Assembly (NCBI RefSeq): GCF_018977255.1
Contig: NW_024704743.1
Span: 109,742,001 to 109,806,000 of the forward strand
Length of the DNA stretch: 64,000 bases
Direction: 5' to 3'
Source: Callorhinchus milii
Lineage: Eukaryota
Program-made: the position numbers and the translations under genes
Shown here: one piece after another, positions 39,646 to 52,309 of the stretch
How positions within the stretch are numbered: the first letter of the stretch is position 1
Layout of the letters: each line of letters begins with the position of its first letter
Notes under the pieces: generated by a model
The model's database searches: none
The model's input: the letters and a program-made list of their open reading frames with translations, nothing else
What the model was told of the DNA's origin: nothing

Positions 39646-41020
39646 AACAAGTTGCACTTATATAGTGCCCTCCATACAGGGCAGTATCTCAGAGCACCGA
39701 ACTGTGACGGAGCCTGACTCCGAGCCGGGGGGATAGGGGAGGTGACCGTAACCACAGTCGAAAAGGAAGGTTGTCAGGCAGGACTTGGAAAAGGGGAGAG
39801 AAGGGGCAAGGTGGAGGGAGAATGTTCCAGAATTTCAGGGCACAGTAGCTGAATGCACGATTGCCAATGGTGGATTGAAAGGTGCGAGGGACAAACAGGA
39901 GGCCAGTGCCAGTCGAGTGGAGGAGCCAGGTGGTGTGTTGGGGAGTGATGGAGGTCGGAGAGGGAGGGAGGTACCAAAGAGTGAAGGGATTTGAAAACGA
40001 GTGTGAGGATCTTGAAGTTGATCTGTTCGGTGATGGGGAGCCAGTGGAGCCTGGCCAGAACTGGTGAGATGTTGCTACAGTGTTTGGTCCAGGTCAGTAT
40101 GCGGGTGGCAGAGCTCTGAATGAGTTGGATTTTTTGAATGGTGGAGCTGGGGAGAACCAGTGAGGAGTGCGTTGGAGTAATCCAAGCGTGTGGTGACAAA
40201 CGCATGCACGAGGGTTTTGGCTGCATTTGGGGTAAGTATGATCGGAGGTGGGTAATGTGACGGAAGGTGGTCCTGGTCAGGGACTGGACGTGGGGAAAGA
40301 AGGACAGCTGGGGGTCGAACCGGACGTCTAGATTAATCACTGGTTCTGTGAGTCTGAGGGAGAGGCTGGGGTGTGAGGATGTCAGATCCGCAGGAGTGAA
40401 GACCTTAAAGGGAGCCAAGGAGTATGGCTTCCATCTTGTCACATTCAGCCGCAGGAAGTTTGCACTCATCCAGGCCCTGATGTCTGCCAGACAAGCTGAT
40501 AGAACATCGGCAGACCTGGAGTCGCAGCTGGAGGAGGCAAAGTAGCTTTGTGTGTCATCCGCATACATGTAGAAGTTTACTCCGTGTCTCTGGATGACAT
40601 AGCCAAGAGGGAGCTAATAGATGGAAGAAAAAAAGGGGGCCAAGGATGGAGTCCTGGGGTACCACGCAGGTGACTGGGTAGGCAGCGGGAGGAGAAACTA
40701 TTTGTCCAAATGAAATGGAGGTGGTTGGTTAAATAGGACTCAAACCATGCCGGTGTGGTCCCACTTAGGTGGATGAGGAGGAGAGGCAGTGGAGGGGGAT
40801 GGCGTGGTCAACTGTGTAGAACGCGGCAGAGATCCAGGAGGACGAGGAGGCAGAGGGAGGCCTAGTCACAGATAGAGAGGATGTCGTTTGTGACTTTGGC
40901 AAGCGCTGTCTCTGCGCTGTGGGCAGGGCGAAAACTAGACCTCAGGGGCTCGAGAAGGGAGAGGAGGGAGAGGTGTGACCGACGTTGACCTGCAACAATG
41001 CGTTCCAGAAAAGGGAGGTT
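39646..41020 (-). mobile_element. L2 LINE fragment with RT core to 3' end
   Basis: ORF 39774..40568 starts MYADDTQSYF (RT catalytic motif) and continues WMSANFLRLN and LHWLPITEQINFKIL. The L2 tail is near 39650. Confidence 0.92.
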
Positions 41021-41209
41021 TGCACAGTATCCTGGCTAGCGTTTTACATGATGCTTTCACTTAAGTGTTTTGGAGCGTTTCTTGAAGACAGGGGCAGACA
41101 CTGAGCATGGACGGGGGGAGTGGGGAACTGACCAGTTTATCTGAAGTTTAGATTCTTCAGATAATCTGTTCATTCACCTCATGGTTGTTTCTGAGACATT
41201 TGCTGTATA

Positions 41210-42171
41210 TAATAATAATAATCCTTGTATTTGATATAGCGTCCTATCATGTCTTCGAGACGTCCCAAAGCGCTTCATAGAATATACTATAAAGTGAATT
41301 GACTGTATATTTTGTGGGCGAAACGCAGCAGCCAATTGTGCACAGCAGTGTTCCACAAACAGTCGTGGATTGCAGTGACCAATTTATTATTACTTTGTTT
41401 TTGAAGAAATTATTACCTAAGGAAAAGCAATCTGCCAATCCAGGTTAGGCCTCAGCTGGAGTACTGCGTCCAGTTCTGGGCACCTTACTTCAGGAAGGAC
41501 ATTAAGGCACTGGAAAGGGCGCAGAGCAGATTCACGAGAATGATACCACGAATGGGGAACCTTAGCTATGAGGACAGGCTGGAGAAGTTAGGACTTTTCC
41601 CATTAGAGCAGAGAAGGTTACGCAGGGACCTGATAGAGGTCTTCAAGATCATGAAAGGTTTCGACAGGCTAGATAAGGAAAAGCTGTTTCCGCTGGTAGG
41701 TGTGTCTGTGACCCGTAGTCACAGTCTTAAGATATCTACCAAAAGAAGCAGAGGGGAGGTTAGAAGAAATTTTTTCACTCAGCGAGTTGTTCGAATTTGG
41801 AATGATCTGCCTGAAAGGGTAGTGAAGTCCAATTCGATAACAGCTTTTAAGAGAGAACTGGATTGGTATCTGGGGAAGACGGGTTTGCAGGGTTATGGGG
41901 AGAAAGCTGGTGATTGGGGTTAGTGAAAGTGACTTGCTCTGTCAAAGAGCCGGCACAGACTCGATAGGCTGAATGGCCTCCTTCTGTACCGTAACATTCT
42001 ATGAAACTATGAATCTATGAATCCACTAACAATCGGGATCCTATTTACTCCGAGGTAAACAGAAGCGTGTGGAGTAAGGAAACTTGCCCAACATTTCGCC
42101 CTGCCAGGAATCAAACCCAGGTCTCTTGTTTGCGAGGCGAGTGCTCTAACCACTGAACTACAGTACTCCAC
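41210..42171 (-). mobile_element. SINE family A, long form, interrupted by the CR1 at 41443-42019
   Basis: The two halves rejoin to match 51918-52309. Confidence 0.85.
41443..42019 (+). mobile_element. CR1 LINE 3' end (ORF2 C-terminus plus tail), inserted into a SINE
   Basis: Uninterrupted frame VRPQLEYCVQFWAPYFRKDIKALERAQSRFTR continuing into ORF 41540..41923 (LSYEDRLEKLGLF, RRLRRDLIEVFKIM, FFTQRVVRIWNDLP). Tail (CTATGAA[A/T])n. AATCCA is at both junctions (41437-41442 and 42020-42025). Confidence 0.94.
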
Positions 42172-43794
42172 TATATATATATACACGTATATATGAGTTT
42201 ACATGAAAAATACACAGTCACTTGACAGAAATTACACAAGTGAGGATGTTGTTTTGTCAACAAAGTCTTTCCCATTTATCCATGGTCATAACTAAGGAAC
42301 AGTTAGGGTAAAATTCCATCCGAATCTGGATTTATGCTTTTATTGTTATATTTCAGGGCATCCTAGATTTGTCAATTTTTGAAATACAATCTTTAATTTT
42401 GAAGCTTGTTTTCCCTAAATTCCTTTAAGAACCACATAAAACTCGCTTAATAAATAATACTCCCTGCATTTGATACAGCATCTTTAATATCTGGAGGACG
42501 TCTCAAAATGCTTAAAAGGATTTACTGTAAAGGGCAACAACTGCGTATTTTGTAGGTGAACGCAGAAGCCAAATTGCGCACAGTTTCAAAATTAAAACTG
42601 GATTCACAATTTTCCAAGCTGCACACATTCTGAGATTATTTTAATCAAAATAAAGCTAGACCCAAGAGGAATGTCTATCGCCAGAGTGTTTTGCTGAACT
42701 TTTGCTCCATTTTAATCTCTATGAGTCTATGGTTCTTAGTGCTACACACTATATTCAAAGCGATTCTGTGAAGAGCTTCGAGACATGAAAGCTAAAAATG
42801 AGAAATCGATTGAGGATTCCATGAAGAAGACCCTTGGGCTTGGGATTCCATGAAGAAGACTCTTGATTTCATCCTTCCAGAACACCCAACCTACAGTGGG
42901 AATTTTTAGATTCTAACATGATGTTATAACAGAGCTCCACTCTATAGTTCTAGGTTTATTTTCTCAATCCCATCTACAATTGGATAGGTAGTTAAAAAAG
43001 AAAAAAACTGTAGGGATAAGGGGTAAGAGCGGGGGAGGAGTAGTTGGATAGCTTTTTCAAAGCCAGCGCAAGCACGATGGGCCAAATTACCTCACTCTGA
43101 GCTGTAAAAGTCTATGATTCTATACCATTTGATGTATTCCTATTAATGTCTTCTCTTGGTTACTCTTTTCAAAGCTTATTCAATCTTTCATCATAGCTCA
43201 TCTCTCTAACATTGACGATCATCCTTGTTGCTCTTCTCTGCACTGTCTCCAGAGCCCTGGGAAGCCATCACCTTCCTTCACTTCTGTCTATGCTGGATCC
43301 ATCCATCACTTGTCAGCTGTGTATCCAAGGCCAGCTCAGGCACTTGGTTTGATAAGCTCACATGCGATGCAGACAAACTGCTCTGGACCACAACTATAAT
43401 GAAGGCTGACATAAGAAACACAAAGACTTTGTGCCTGTCTGCATTTGCTACTTCTCAATCTGTCTTCTTCTCCATTTCATCCCTCTATTGTTCCCTGAAT
43501 TTGTGCTCCGTCAAGCGGTCATGTCCTGCAGCTTTGAAATGTGCCTCATTGTTGCTGTACAGCAGCAGATATCATACCCGCCAATCATCATGTCATCACT
43601 TGGCCTGGGCTGGTTGCCATACATATGTGACAATAGGAGGGTTCCTACAGCTGTGTTTAGAGCTGTAAAGCTAGACCAATTAAAATATGCAAGTAACAAG
43701 TAAGCCCAAGTGTGCATATGAAAACAGTGGGCGTATCAGGTCATCACACAATTTACTGAACTCACTGGAGCTCCAGTATCATGGCCCCAACTGG

Positions 43795-44238
43795 TTTCTC
43801 TCCCCATTTTCTATCTCTGACTCTTTCCCTCTCTCCTCTGTGTCTATCTCTTTCTGTCTCCCTCCTCTGGGTCTGTACCTCTCTCCCCACCAGCCCCTGC
43901 CTTTCTCTGCTCTGTCTGACCCTCTCTCATTCCTCTTGCCTCTGCATCTAATTATCTCTCTCTCTCTCTTTTGTGTCTCTTACACTCCCTCTTTGTTTTG
44001 CTGCTCCTCTCTCTTTCCGTGTCTGACGTTCTCCCTCTCTAAACTGGGTCTCTGACTCTCTCTCTCCCTCTCCTGTCTGAGGCTCTGACTTCTCTCTCTC
44101 TCTTTCTGACCCACACTCTCAGGCCAGGATTATTATTATTATTATTATTAAAATCTTATCTTCTGTCTCTTTCTGACCCCCTCTCTCCCTCTGACCCTGT
44201 CTTTCTCTATTTGACCCTCTCTCTTTCTCTCTCTCTCA
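43795..44238. repeat. CT-rich low-complexity tract with (ATT)n SINE tails
   Basis: Repeated ctctct and ctctgac units. Confidence 0.85.
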
Positions 44239-44599
44239 AGAACAGGATTATTATTATTATTATAACCAAGTATCTCCCAGCGGCACGCCATCTTATCTCG
44301 ACTTGCAATGACCTTTTAAAGCTATTTATAAAACCACAATACAAGGAGACGTGAGGAGGGAGAGTGAGAGCTGATTTGCAACCTTTTTGCTGAGATCGTG
44401 AAGAAATCTCAAGGTATGTAACCAGCCTTGCCTGGCTCACTCACATTACCACCCAGTACAGGTTTTCCTGCTGCTCTCTGATCAATATCTAGGGCAATAA
44501 AATTCAGGTTGCACGTGCACTACAAGTCAGCTGACAATGAGACGTTAACTGGTATAACATTTCACGGGTTCTATATTGAAGGCTATAATGACACTCATA

Positions 44600-45030
44600 C
44601 GCCTTATTGCAAAACATTTCTGCTCGCTGCAACATAAAGAGGCAACCCAGGCTCTTGAGATGCTGCAGAGAAGAACAGCAAAGATGATCTCTAGTGTTAG
44701 AGGAATAAGCTATGAGCAATAATTAGACAAGCTGGGGCTCTTGAAAGGAGAGGGGACTTTGTTTAGGTGATTACAAATTTTAAAAGTAAACCCAGAACAC
44801 TTTAGGATGCACTGAGACAGTAGAACAAGAGGACACAGATTTATAGTTACAAAAGGCAATTCTAGGACAGACACCAGGAAGTTTTTCTTTGGGTAATTAG
44901 CGACTGGACCAGGTTGCCAAGAAGGGTGGACTCAGTTAATAAAACCAGCTCGATGCTGTGGTGGGAAGGCTGTAGTGTGGGTATTCTAGAAGGATGAGAT
45001 CAGATGGATCGAAGGGTGTTCTTCATCCAA
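44600..45030 (+). mobile_element. Degraded CR1 LINE fragment
   Basis: agctatgagcaataattagacaagctggggctc (SYE.RL.KLGL) and agaacaagaggacacaga (RTRGH). Confidence 0.7.
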
Positions 45031-45054
45031 ACCAGTCTTGCGATCATCTTGTAA

Positions 45055-45382
45055 ATAATAAATCTTATAATAATCTTTGCATTTGATATAGCGCTTTTCA
45101 CGTCTTCTCGATGTCTCAAAGCGCCTCACAGAATAGACTGTAAAGTGAATTGACTGTATATTTGTGGGCAAAACGCGGCAACCAATTGGCACAGCAATGT
45201 CCCACAAACAGTCATGGATTGAAAATGACCAATTTATTATTGTTTTTTGTTTTGGAGGGAATATTATTAGGCTCTGTGTGGAGTAAGGAAACTTGCCCAA
45301 GATTTCGCCCTCTGCCTGGAATTGAACCCAGGTGTCCCGCTTGCAAGACGAGTGCTCTAACCACTGAGCTACAGGACTCCAC
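45055..45382 (-). mobile_element. SINE family A
   Basis: Reverse complement of 50073-50393 over its full length. Confidence 0.88.
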
Positions 45383-45386
45383 AAAT

Positions 45387-45780
45387 CAAATCTTATATTT
45401 GATATAGCACCTTTCATGCCGGGAGTATGTCTCAAAGCACTTTATATGATTTACTGTAAAGTGGAGTACCTGTGTATTTGTAGGAAACATTGTGGCCAAT
45501 TTGCATACAGCCAATGTCCCTCAAACAGCCTTGAATTGAATTTTATCTGGGGGATTGTTGGCCAGAAAATCAGGAGAAACTCCCTTCTCTTGTGCATTGG
45601 GATCCACCTACGACATCCACCTGATCAGGGCCTCAGTTTAATGTCTCATCTGAAGGATGCTTTAAATTACACTCTCAACAATGCAATGGAGCGCCAGCCT
45701 AGATATTGAGAATCCCAACATGTGGTTTGAACTACAACCTTCTGACTCAAGAGGCAAGAGCACTACCAACACTTGTCTCA
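45387..45780 (-). mobile_element. SINE family B, directly adjacent to a family A copy
   Basis: ctcagtttaatgtctcatc core; caaccttctgactcaagaggcaagagcactaccaac head. Confidence 0.78.
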
Positions 45781-45896
45781 ACTTCACCAGGATCCTGTTA
45801 AAATCAGTGAAACCCTCCCTCCCCCACCCCCACACCATACACACACAAAGAAATTAAAAACTGAGCAAAGACAGTCCACGTGACGTGACCACTGAC

Positions 45897-46085
45897 CTCA
45901 ATCTGTAGAATCGCCTCCTCTCTTTCTTTTACGTTCTCCAGTTCCTCTTCTGTGATCTCTGAAAGAAACGCCTGGTCCTGACTCTGAGCCGGATCCTGTG
46001 GCTGACCCGGGGTCTGCCAGCTACTGGACCCTCTGCCGAGGAAGGCGTCCTCATCGCTGATCTCTGTAAAATTGTTCTTGGCACT
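45897..46085 (-). CDS. TSNARE1: TSNARE1-like coding exon (linker and start of SNARE motif), 189 bp, phase 0-0
   Basis: ttcttctctgttacag|AGT GCC AAG...ATT GAG|gtcagt, inside ORF 45804..46118. Ends in EITEEELENVKEREEAILQIE, the typical start of a Qa-SNARE helix; REEAILQxE is TSNARE1-like. Confidence 0.93.
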
Positions 46086-47627
46086 CTGTAACAGAGAAGA
46101 AAAAAAATCCGAGTCCATAATTCACGATTAGCAAAAAAAAGTACCCCAGTTTTCATGTGTACAATAGGTGTTACAATACTGTTTCACCCACAAATTACGT
46201 CTCGATGACATTAAAAGGCTCTATATCAAGTGCAAGGATTATGATGATGAAATGTGGAATCCCTCTGCCACAGTCAGTTAGTGGGAGCTGACGCTGTAAT
46301 TTATTATAATAGGGAATTAAATAGATGATTGAAAAATATTAAAAGGCTGGGGAGCGCAAGTGGCTCATGTGGAGAAAAACACCAGCAGACTGGATGGGCC
46401 GAGCAGCCTATTTCTGTGCTGCAATGTTCAACAACACTGGTCCCTCTTTGATACCCCAGCTCCCCTGAATCATTCTAACCCAGTCCCAAATAATAAACAT
46501 TACAAATGGCTGAACTCTGCAGAAAATACCTCTGACGGTGGCTTTATTGAGAAACCGATAGAAAAACATAAAAAGCACACACACACACACACACACACTT
46601 ACACATGCTGAGTGTTTTAACGGGAAAACTCAATATCCTATTTATACTGCACACCACATGAAAGGTCACTTTCCATTTCAGTTAGATTTTTGTTGTTAAC
46701 GCCCAGCTGAGCACAGCCTGTGAATATCAAATAACTAAGGGTTGGTTGCCTAGCTTTGCTGAGATTCTTGGTGGGACTATTATGCCCGAGGAGGTGACAA
46801 TTGCACAGTGCAATATCTGTCGCTAACAGCTTTGCCTAGTTGGACATCATTGGAAACTTAACTGCAAAAACTAATGAAACCTTTTCTTTCCCATGTACTG
46901 CCACAGTGGGATGGCCTTCACTGACTTGGGGCTTACGAGGCATTTTATGAGCTACTCTATTGCCTTTGATTTACACACCGAGAGAGGAGACTATCGGAGC
47001 AAGGCAGGTGCTAGTTATCTTAAAGATTTTATTTCCTATTTTTGGGAGGGTCTATACGGAAACTCAAAATTCCTCTGCCTTGAAACCATCTGTGTCAACC
47101 TGGCTCAGTTGGTAGCACTCTCGCTTCTGAGTCAGAAAATCATTATTTCAAGTCTTAAGTTGGGACTTTGAACTCACTGTCTAGGATAGGAGCACCCTAA
47201 GCCTTCGGAGCTTTGGCTTGCAGGGTTGACAGGAGCTCAGTGGGAAAAATCACTGCTCCCAGTGACTGGATGACTTACCTCCATTTTGGCATTGCCTTCA
47301 CAAGGCTTTCCACCCGCCCATTCCTTATAATTCTCCAGTTAGTTAAGGGTCCTGTTAGTGGAGCTCAGGTGTCCCAGGTGGGGTGGGTAGAGGTATTCGT
47401 CCTCTGAGTTCTGCGACGCTGGTTACTTTTGCTGTGTCAAATTATTAACACAGTTCTCTCGAAAATCTTTCGAAGTTTTATTATGGAAACGACAATGTTT
47501 AAAATCAAAGGTTTATTTTGTGACAGTGAAACACCTCTTTATGAGGTCACCTCTTTATGAGTCTCTCTAATATTACACAAGGTTCCTTATTACATCACAT
47601 TACTGAACTCACTTTAGTTATTTTATA

Positions 47628-47816
47628 TCTCCTCCTTGTACTGCCCCCCTCTCCACTTCCTTTCTCTCTTCTACCTTCTTCCCCTCCCATCTCCTCCCTT
47701 CCTTCCATACTCTTGCTTTTACCCTCTCCATCCTCTCTCCCTCCCTCCCACCCTTCGTTTACTCTTTCACTCCTCCCTATCTCCTCCCCTGCTCTCTTTT
47801 GGAACTCTCTCCTCCA
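47628..47816. repeat. CT-rich low-complexity tract
   Basis: Near-pure pyrimidine run on the + strand. Confidence 0.85.
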
Positions 47817-49059
47817 GTGTTCAGTGTAACTGTCTCCTCCAATATCTATTGCCGTTACACACTTATCTAATTCTCCATCAAACTCTGAGTACCACACTGA
47901 GTAAGCTATTCCACACTTGCACCACCCTCTCCATGAAGTGGTTAAATCAATCTGTTCAACTTCTCCCTGCTTTCTCAGCTGGAGACATTGCCCTCCAGCT
48001 GGGAAACTCAATTTGTCCCTCCTGTTTTCAAAGGTATATAACATCATCCTGAATTCACATATCAAGCGTTCCTGTCAATCTCGCACTCACTCACTCCTGC
48101 AATGCGAATCTTCACCAGATGATGTCATGACATGCTCTCAGCTACAATATCAGTGCATCGATGAACACCATCAATGTGAAATGGGACTGAGAAAGAGAAC
48201 CTGGAACAATACTTTCAGTGTGCCAAGGCAGCAGGACATGAAGCATGAGTTGAAGGGAAGCAAAGGGCAATTTCAGGACAGAGACCAGGAAATATTTCTT
48301 TACACAGCGGGTAATCAACAGATAGTAAGCTGAGTGTGTCCTGGAGAGAGAAAAAGTGAGACACTGAGAGAAACTGCTTTCTATTTTCTATATTCGCACC
48401 TGTGACAATGCAGAGCTCCCCCCAATTCCCCCCCCACCCCACCACCCCACCCCCAAACACTGCACTGGAAAGCAAGTTCAAAGTTCCGACCTGGGACTTG
48501 AACTCACAACCTTCCGAATCAGAGGCCGGAGAGGGGCTACCGATTGAGCGAGGTTATAATAAGTGCGCGTCTTGTTTAAGTGGTGGATGTGATACCAAAT
48601 TAGATGCTCACGAGGTGTTGCTGCCTAGGGGTGACATGACAGCACATACCAGAGGCAAAGCTGGCATATCCAGCACTTTGTGATTTCACGCATGTCTCGG
48701 TGTCAGTTCCTGGGCATGTGTGCTGTGAATTGGGGCCATAGCCTGCTGATCAGCAGCACATAGGAGGCTGGCAGGAGAATTTTGCAATAAATTCCACATT
48801 TAAAGGCTTTCATAAACTAAACAGGTTCAGAATAATGCCTCTGAAGCCTAAAAAGAAAACATGATCATCTTTCGTCTTAAGGCAATGTGTTAAAATGTAA
48901 GAATATGGGGAATTCTTAAACACTGTCTTAATAAGGAAGCTAGCTTTATGCAGTTCTTAAAACTAGCTGATAATTATCAAATGACAATCTGATGTTTAAC
49001 AGATTGGAGCTGATAATTATTAAGGTTTGTGCATATCAAAAATAGCATGTGACAAAATA

Positions 49060-49586
49060 TATTTGCATTTAATATAGCACCTTTATTGCACTTTCAAAAT
49101 GTCTCAAAGTGCCTCGCAGAATTTTGCTGTAAAGTGTAATGACTGCTTTTGTTGGCAAATGCAGTAGCTAATTTGTGCACATCAATGTACCACAAACAGC
49201 CATGAAGCATCTGATTTATTTTTTTATCTAGGGGATTGTTTGCCAGGACACCAAGAGAAACTCTCATATATCTCCACAGGATATTTAACGTCCAACTGAA
49301 AAGGTAGATGGGACCTTGGTTTAATGTCTCATCCAGAGTCACTAAGCTCTTCGGCATGCAGAAGAGCGGCTTCCTCCAGCCCATTTGCAAAGTCCAAGAT
49401 TAAGCAATGAGGTGAATTTCTGGCAAACACAGCAAGCGGCTGCAGGGAGGGAGCCATGTGGGTTTCCGCTGACCACAAAAAAAGATCTCCAACCGAGCAG
49501 CTCAATGTCTCCGATGTTGGGGCTTGAACCCACAACCCTCTGACACAGAGGCGAGAGTGAGTGCTAACAACTGAGCCAGGCTGACC
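49060..49586 (-). mobile_element. SINE family B with an internal ~170 bp non-SINE insert (about 49340-49505)
   Basis: Tail and core at 49060-49337; head at 49515-49586. Confidence 0.75.
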
Positions 49587-50072
49587 CCTGAAACTGTGGC
49601 TAAATTATTGGGTTATCCACTTGCTTCGTCTTATTTGTTTTGATATTCTCTTTGGCTGGTGGAGTAGATTTGGTATTACACTGCACTCCAGAGAGCAGTC
49701 TCTGTCACCCAGTTTGTGTTCAGTTGTATTTCACGAGCTTTTGGTTCGACAGTAAAGCCCTTCCCACAGCAATACTGACCTTGTAAAATATGTGCGAGAA
49801 ATTTAAGGGGTGGAATTGTGTCTTGTCAGCCATGGGCAAGAAGCTATTACGGAAAGGAAAAACTCTTGACAATGCACATGCTACTTTTAAATCAAATTTC
49901 AAGAAAAAGTGGAATGTTGCTACTGAAGGTTAAAATGATTTTTCCCCAACATTTCATTAATACCTCCAAATGGGAATGCATTAAAATTAACGTGTCTGAC
50001 TGAGCATATCCAAATTCTGCATTGAAACCTGCTATCAGTTTCATGGTAAAATAAGCTTGTTACTGATTTAAA

Positions 50073-50393
50073 GTGGAGTCCTGTAGCTCAGTGGTTAGAG
50101 CACTCGCTTTGCAAGCGAGAGACCTGAGTTCAATTCCAGGCAGGGCGAGACCTTGGGCAAGTTTCCTTACTCCACACGCCTAATAATAATCCCTCCAAAA
50201 CCCAAACAATAATAAATTGGTCATTTTCAATCCACAACTGTTTGTGAGACACTGCTGTGCGCAATTGGCTGCCGCGTTCGCCCACAAATATACAGTCAAT
50301 TCACTTTACAGTATATTCTGTAAAGCGCTTTGGGACGTCCTCCCGACGTGAAAAGCGCTATATCAAATGCAAGGATTATTATTATTATTATTA
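50073..50393 (+). mobile_element. tRNA-derived SINE, family A (tRNA-Ala-like head, L2-type tail)
   Basis: Head gtggagtcctgtagctcagtggttagagcactcgctttgcaagcgagagacctgagttcaattcc has A and B boxes. Tail gcgctatatcaaatgcaaggattatt(att)n. Confidence 0.88.
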
Positions 50394-50998
50394 AAGAAAT
50401 GTCAGGAAATGGGCTGTAATGAGTAGCAGACTTGCTCTTTGATCTGTTACCTGGGTTCACAGCTAGACCAAGAAGAACAGCACAAAGATCTCTGCCCATT
50501 GGTTGTTGTGCCAGCCTAGCTCAGCTGTACTCTCACCTCTGTTTCAGAAGGTGGTGAGTTCAAATCCCATGTCGGACTTTTAACTCATAGTCTAGACTGA
50601 CACTCATTGTTGTTCTTGGGGTATATTGCAATGTCACAGGTGTCATCCTTCAGATTAGATATTAAACTGAGGTCCCAACTGCCTGTTTAGTTGGACAATA
50701 AAGCTAATAAGAATTCTGACTCAACTACTGCTCCCAGCAGAGCATTCCATATCCTAATCACTCTCCCCATTTGCCTGTTTGCTAGCTATCTTAAATTGAT
50801 GCTCTCTCATTACTGACTCACCGACTTGGTAAATTTAGCAACTACAATTTGACAGCTTCTTGAGGAAAATAATATTGAAGGGTACAGGGTAATGGGATAA
50901 CAGTAGATAGCTCTCTAACGGAGGGGCAAGTATCAACACAACACTCACACAATAGGGGAATAGCAGGAGAATGAGATTAAACCAGATAGCTCTATTGA

Positions 50999-51718
50999 CG
51001 CAACCTAGGGTCAGGTTCAACCTCCAATTATCCTTCCTCCCCCACATCCGGTCCCTCACCAGAACCGCTTTCTTCCACCTCCGACGCATCGCCCGTCTCT
51101 GCCAATACCTCTCTCCAAAAGCTGCTGAAAACCTAGTCCATGCCTTTGTCACCTCTTGGCTGGACTATTCAATCAACCACCTCGACGGCCTCCTCTCCAC
51201 TACCTTCCATAAAATCCAGATTATACAAAACTCTGCCACGCGCATTCTTACCCGCACCAAACTCCACTCCACGATTACCCCAGTCCTTGCCAGACTGCAC
51301 TGGCTCCCCCCTGTCCCAGAGAGGATCGACTTCAAGATCCTCATCCTTGTCTTCAAATCCCTCCACTCCTCTGCACCCCCCTACCTCTCTAACCTCCTCT
51401 CTTCTCAAAACAGTGCCCGTTGCCTTCGTTCCACCGAGTCTGGCCTCCTCCTTGTCCCCCGAGTCCTCCGTTCCACCCTCGGCGGCCATGCCTTCAGCCA
51501 CTATGCCCCGAGGCTCTGGAACTCCCTTCCTCACTCCCTTCGCCTCGCCCCCTCTCTTCCTATTTTCAGGTCTCGGCTGAAGACCTTTCTTTTCGACCGC
51601 ACCTTTGGTCACCTTCCTCCCCCTCCCCCTGGCTCGGCCCCGGGATCCGTTACTGTGAAGCGCTCTGAGACGCCGTCCGGTATGGAGGGCGCTATATAAA
51701 TCCAAGTTGTTGTTGTTG
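50999..51718 (+). mobile_element. L2 LINE 3' fragment of the same young subfamily as 30638-31593, inserted into a CR1 3' tail
   Basis: ORF 50971..51699 (LHWLPPVPERIDFKIL, AFSHYAPRLWNSLP, FRSRLKTFLF). The 3' tail is almost identical to 31500-31593, ending in (TTG)n. TTGA is present at both junctions. Confidence 0.93.
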
Positions 51719-51917
51719 TTGAGGGAGCTGGCACCAGCACAGTTACAATATTCGAATGGCTACCTTCTGTGATTCTATAAAGTGAATGGAAGTGCAGTTC
51801 ACAAAGTCCGTCCAAGGGCCGAGTGATCTGACCAACCACCTTCCCAACTCAAACACCTGGCACTTACAACCCCGGGGAAATCTGCAGCACTTTCAGCGCC
51901 CGGAGTATCTGACACAC

Positions 51918-52309
51918 AATAATAATAATAATAATCCTTGCATTTGATATAGCGCCTTATCACATCTTCGAAACGTCTCAAAGCGCTTCACAGAATATAC
52001 TATAAATTAAAATGACTACATATATTTTGTGGGCAAAATGCGGCAGCCAATTGCGCACAGAAGTGTCCCAACACTCGTGGATTGAGTACTGAATTATCAT
52101 TATTATTCATTAAACATTTTTTTAAGTGATTACTATCCCCAGAAAAGCCATCCACCAATCAACTAACAACCGGGTTCCTACATACTACTAGGTAAACAGA
52201 GGCGTGTGGAGAAAGGAAACTTGCCCAAGGTTTCGCCCTGCCGGGAATCTAACCCAAATCCTTTTGCTTGCAAGGCGAGTGCTCTAACCACTAAGCTGCA
52301 GGACTCCAT
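51918..52309 (-). mobile_element. SINE family A, long form with central segment
   Basis: Head gctctaaccactaagctgcaggactcca; central caaccgggttcctac...ggtaaacagaggcgtgtggag; (AAT)n tail. Confidence 0.88.

Noticed and set aside
42814..42866. 18-bp direct repeat GGATTCCATGAAGAAGAC x2
   Set aside because: Only two units are present, consistent with an ordinary slippage duplication.
50073..50147. tRNA-Ala(TGC)-like sequence as a real tRNA gene
   Set aside because: It runs directly into the SINE body, recurs as diverged copies (9689, 42171, 45382, 52309) and has no proper acceptor stem or terminator. It is a SINE head.
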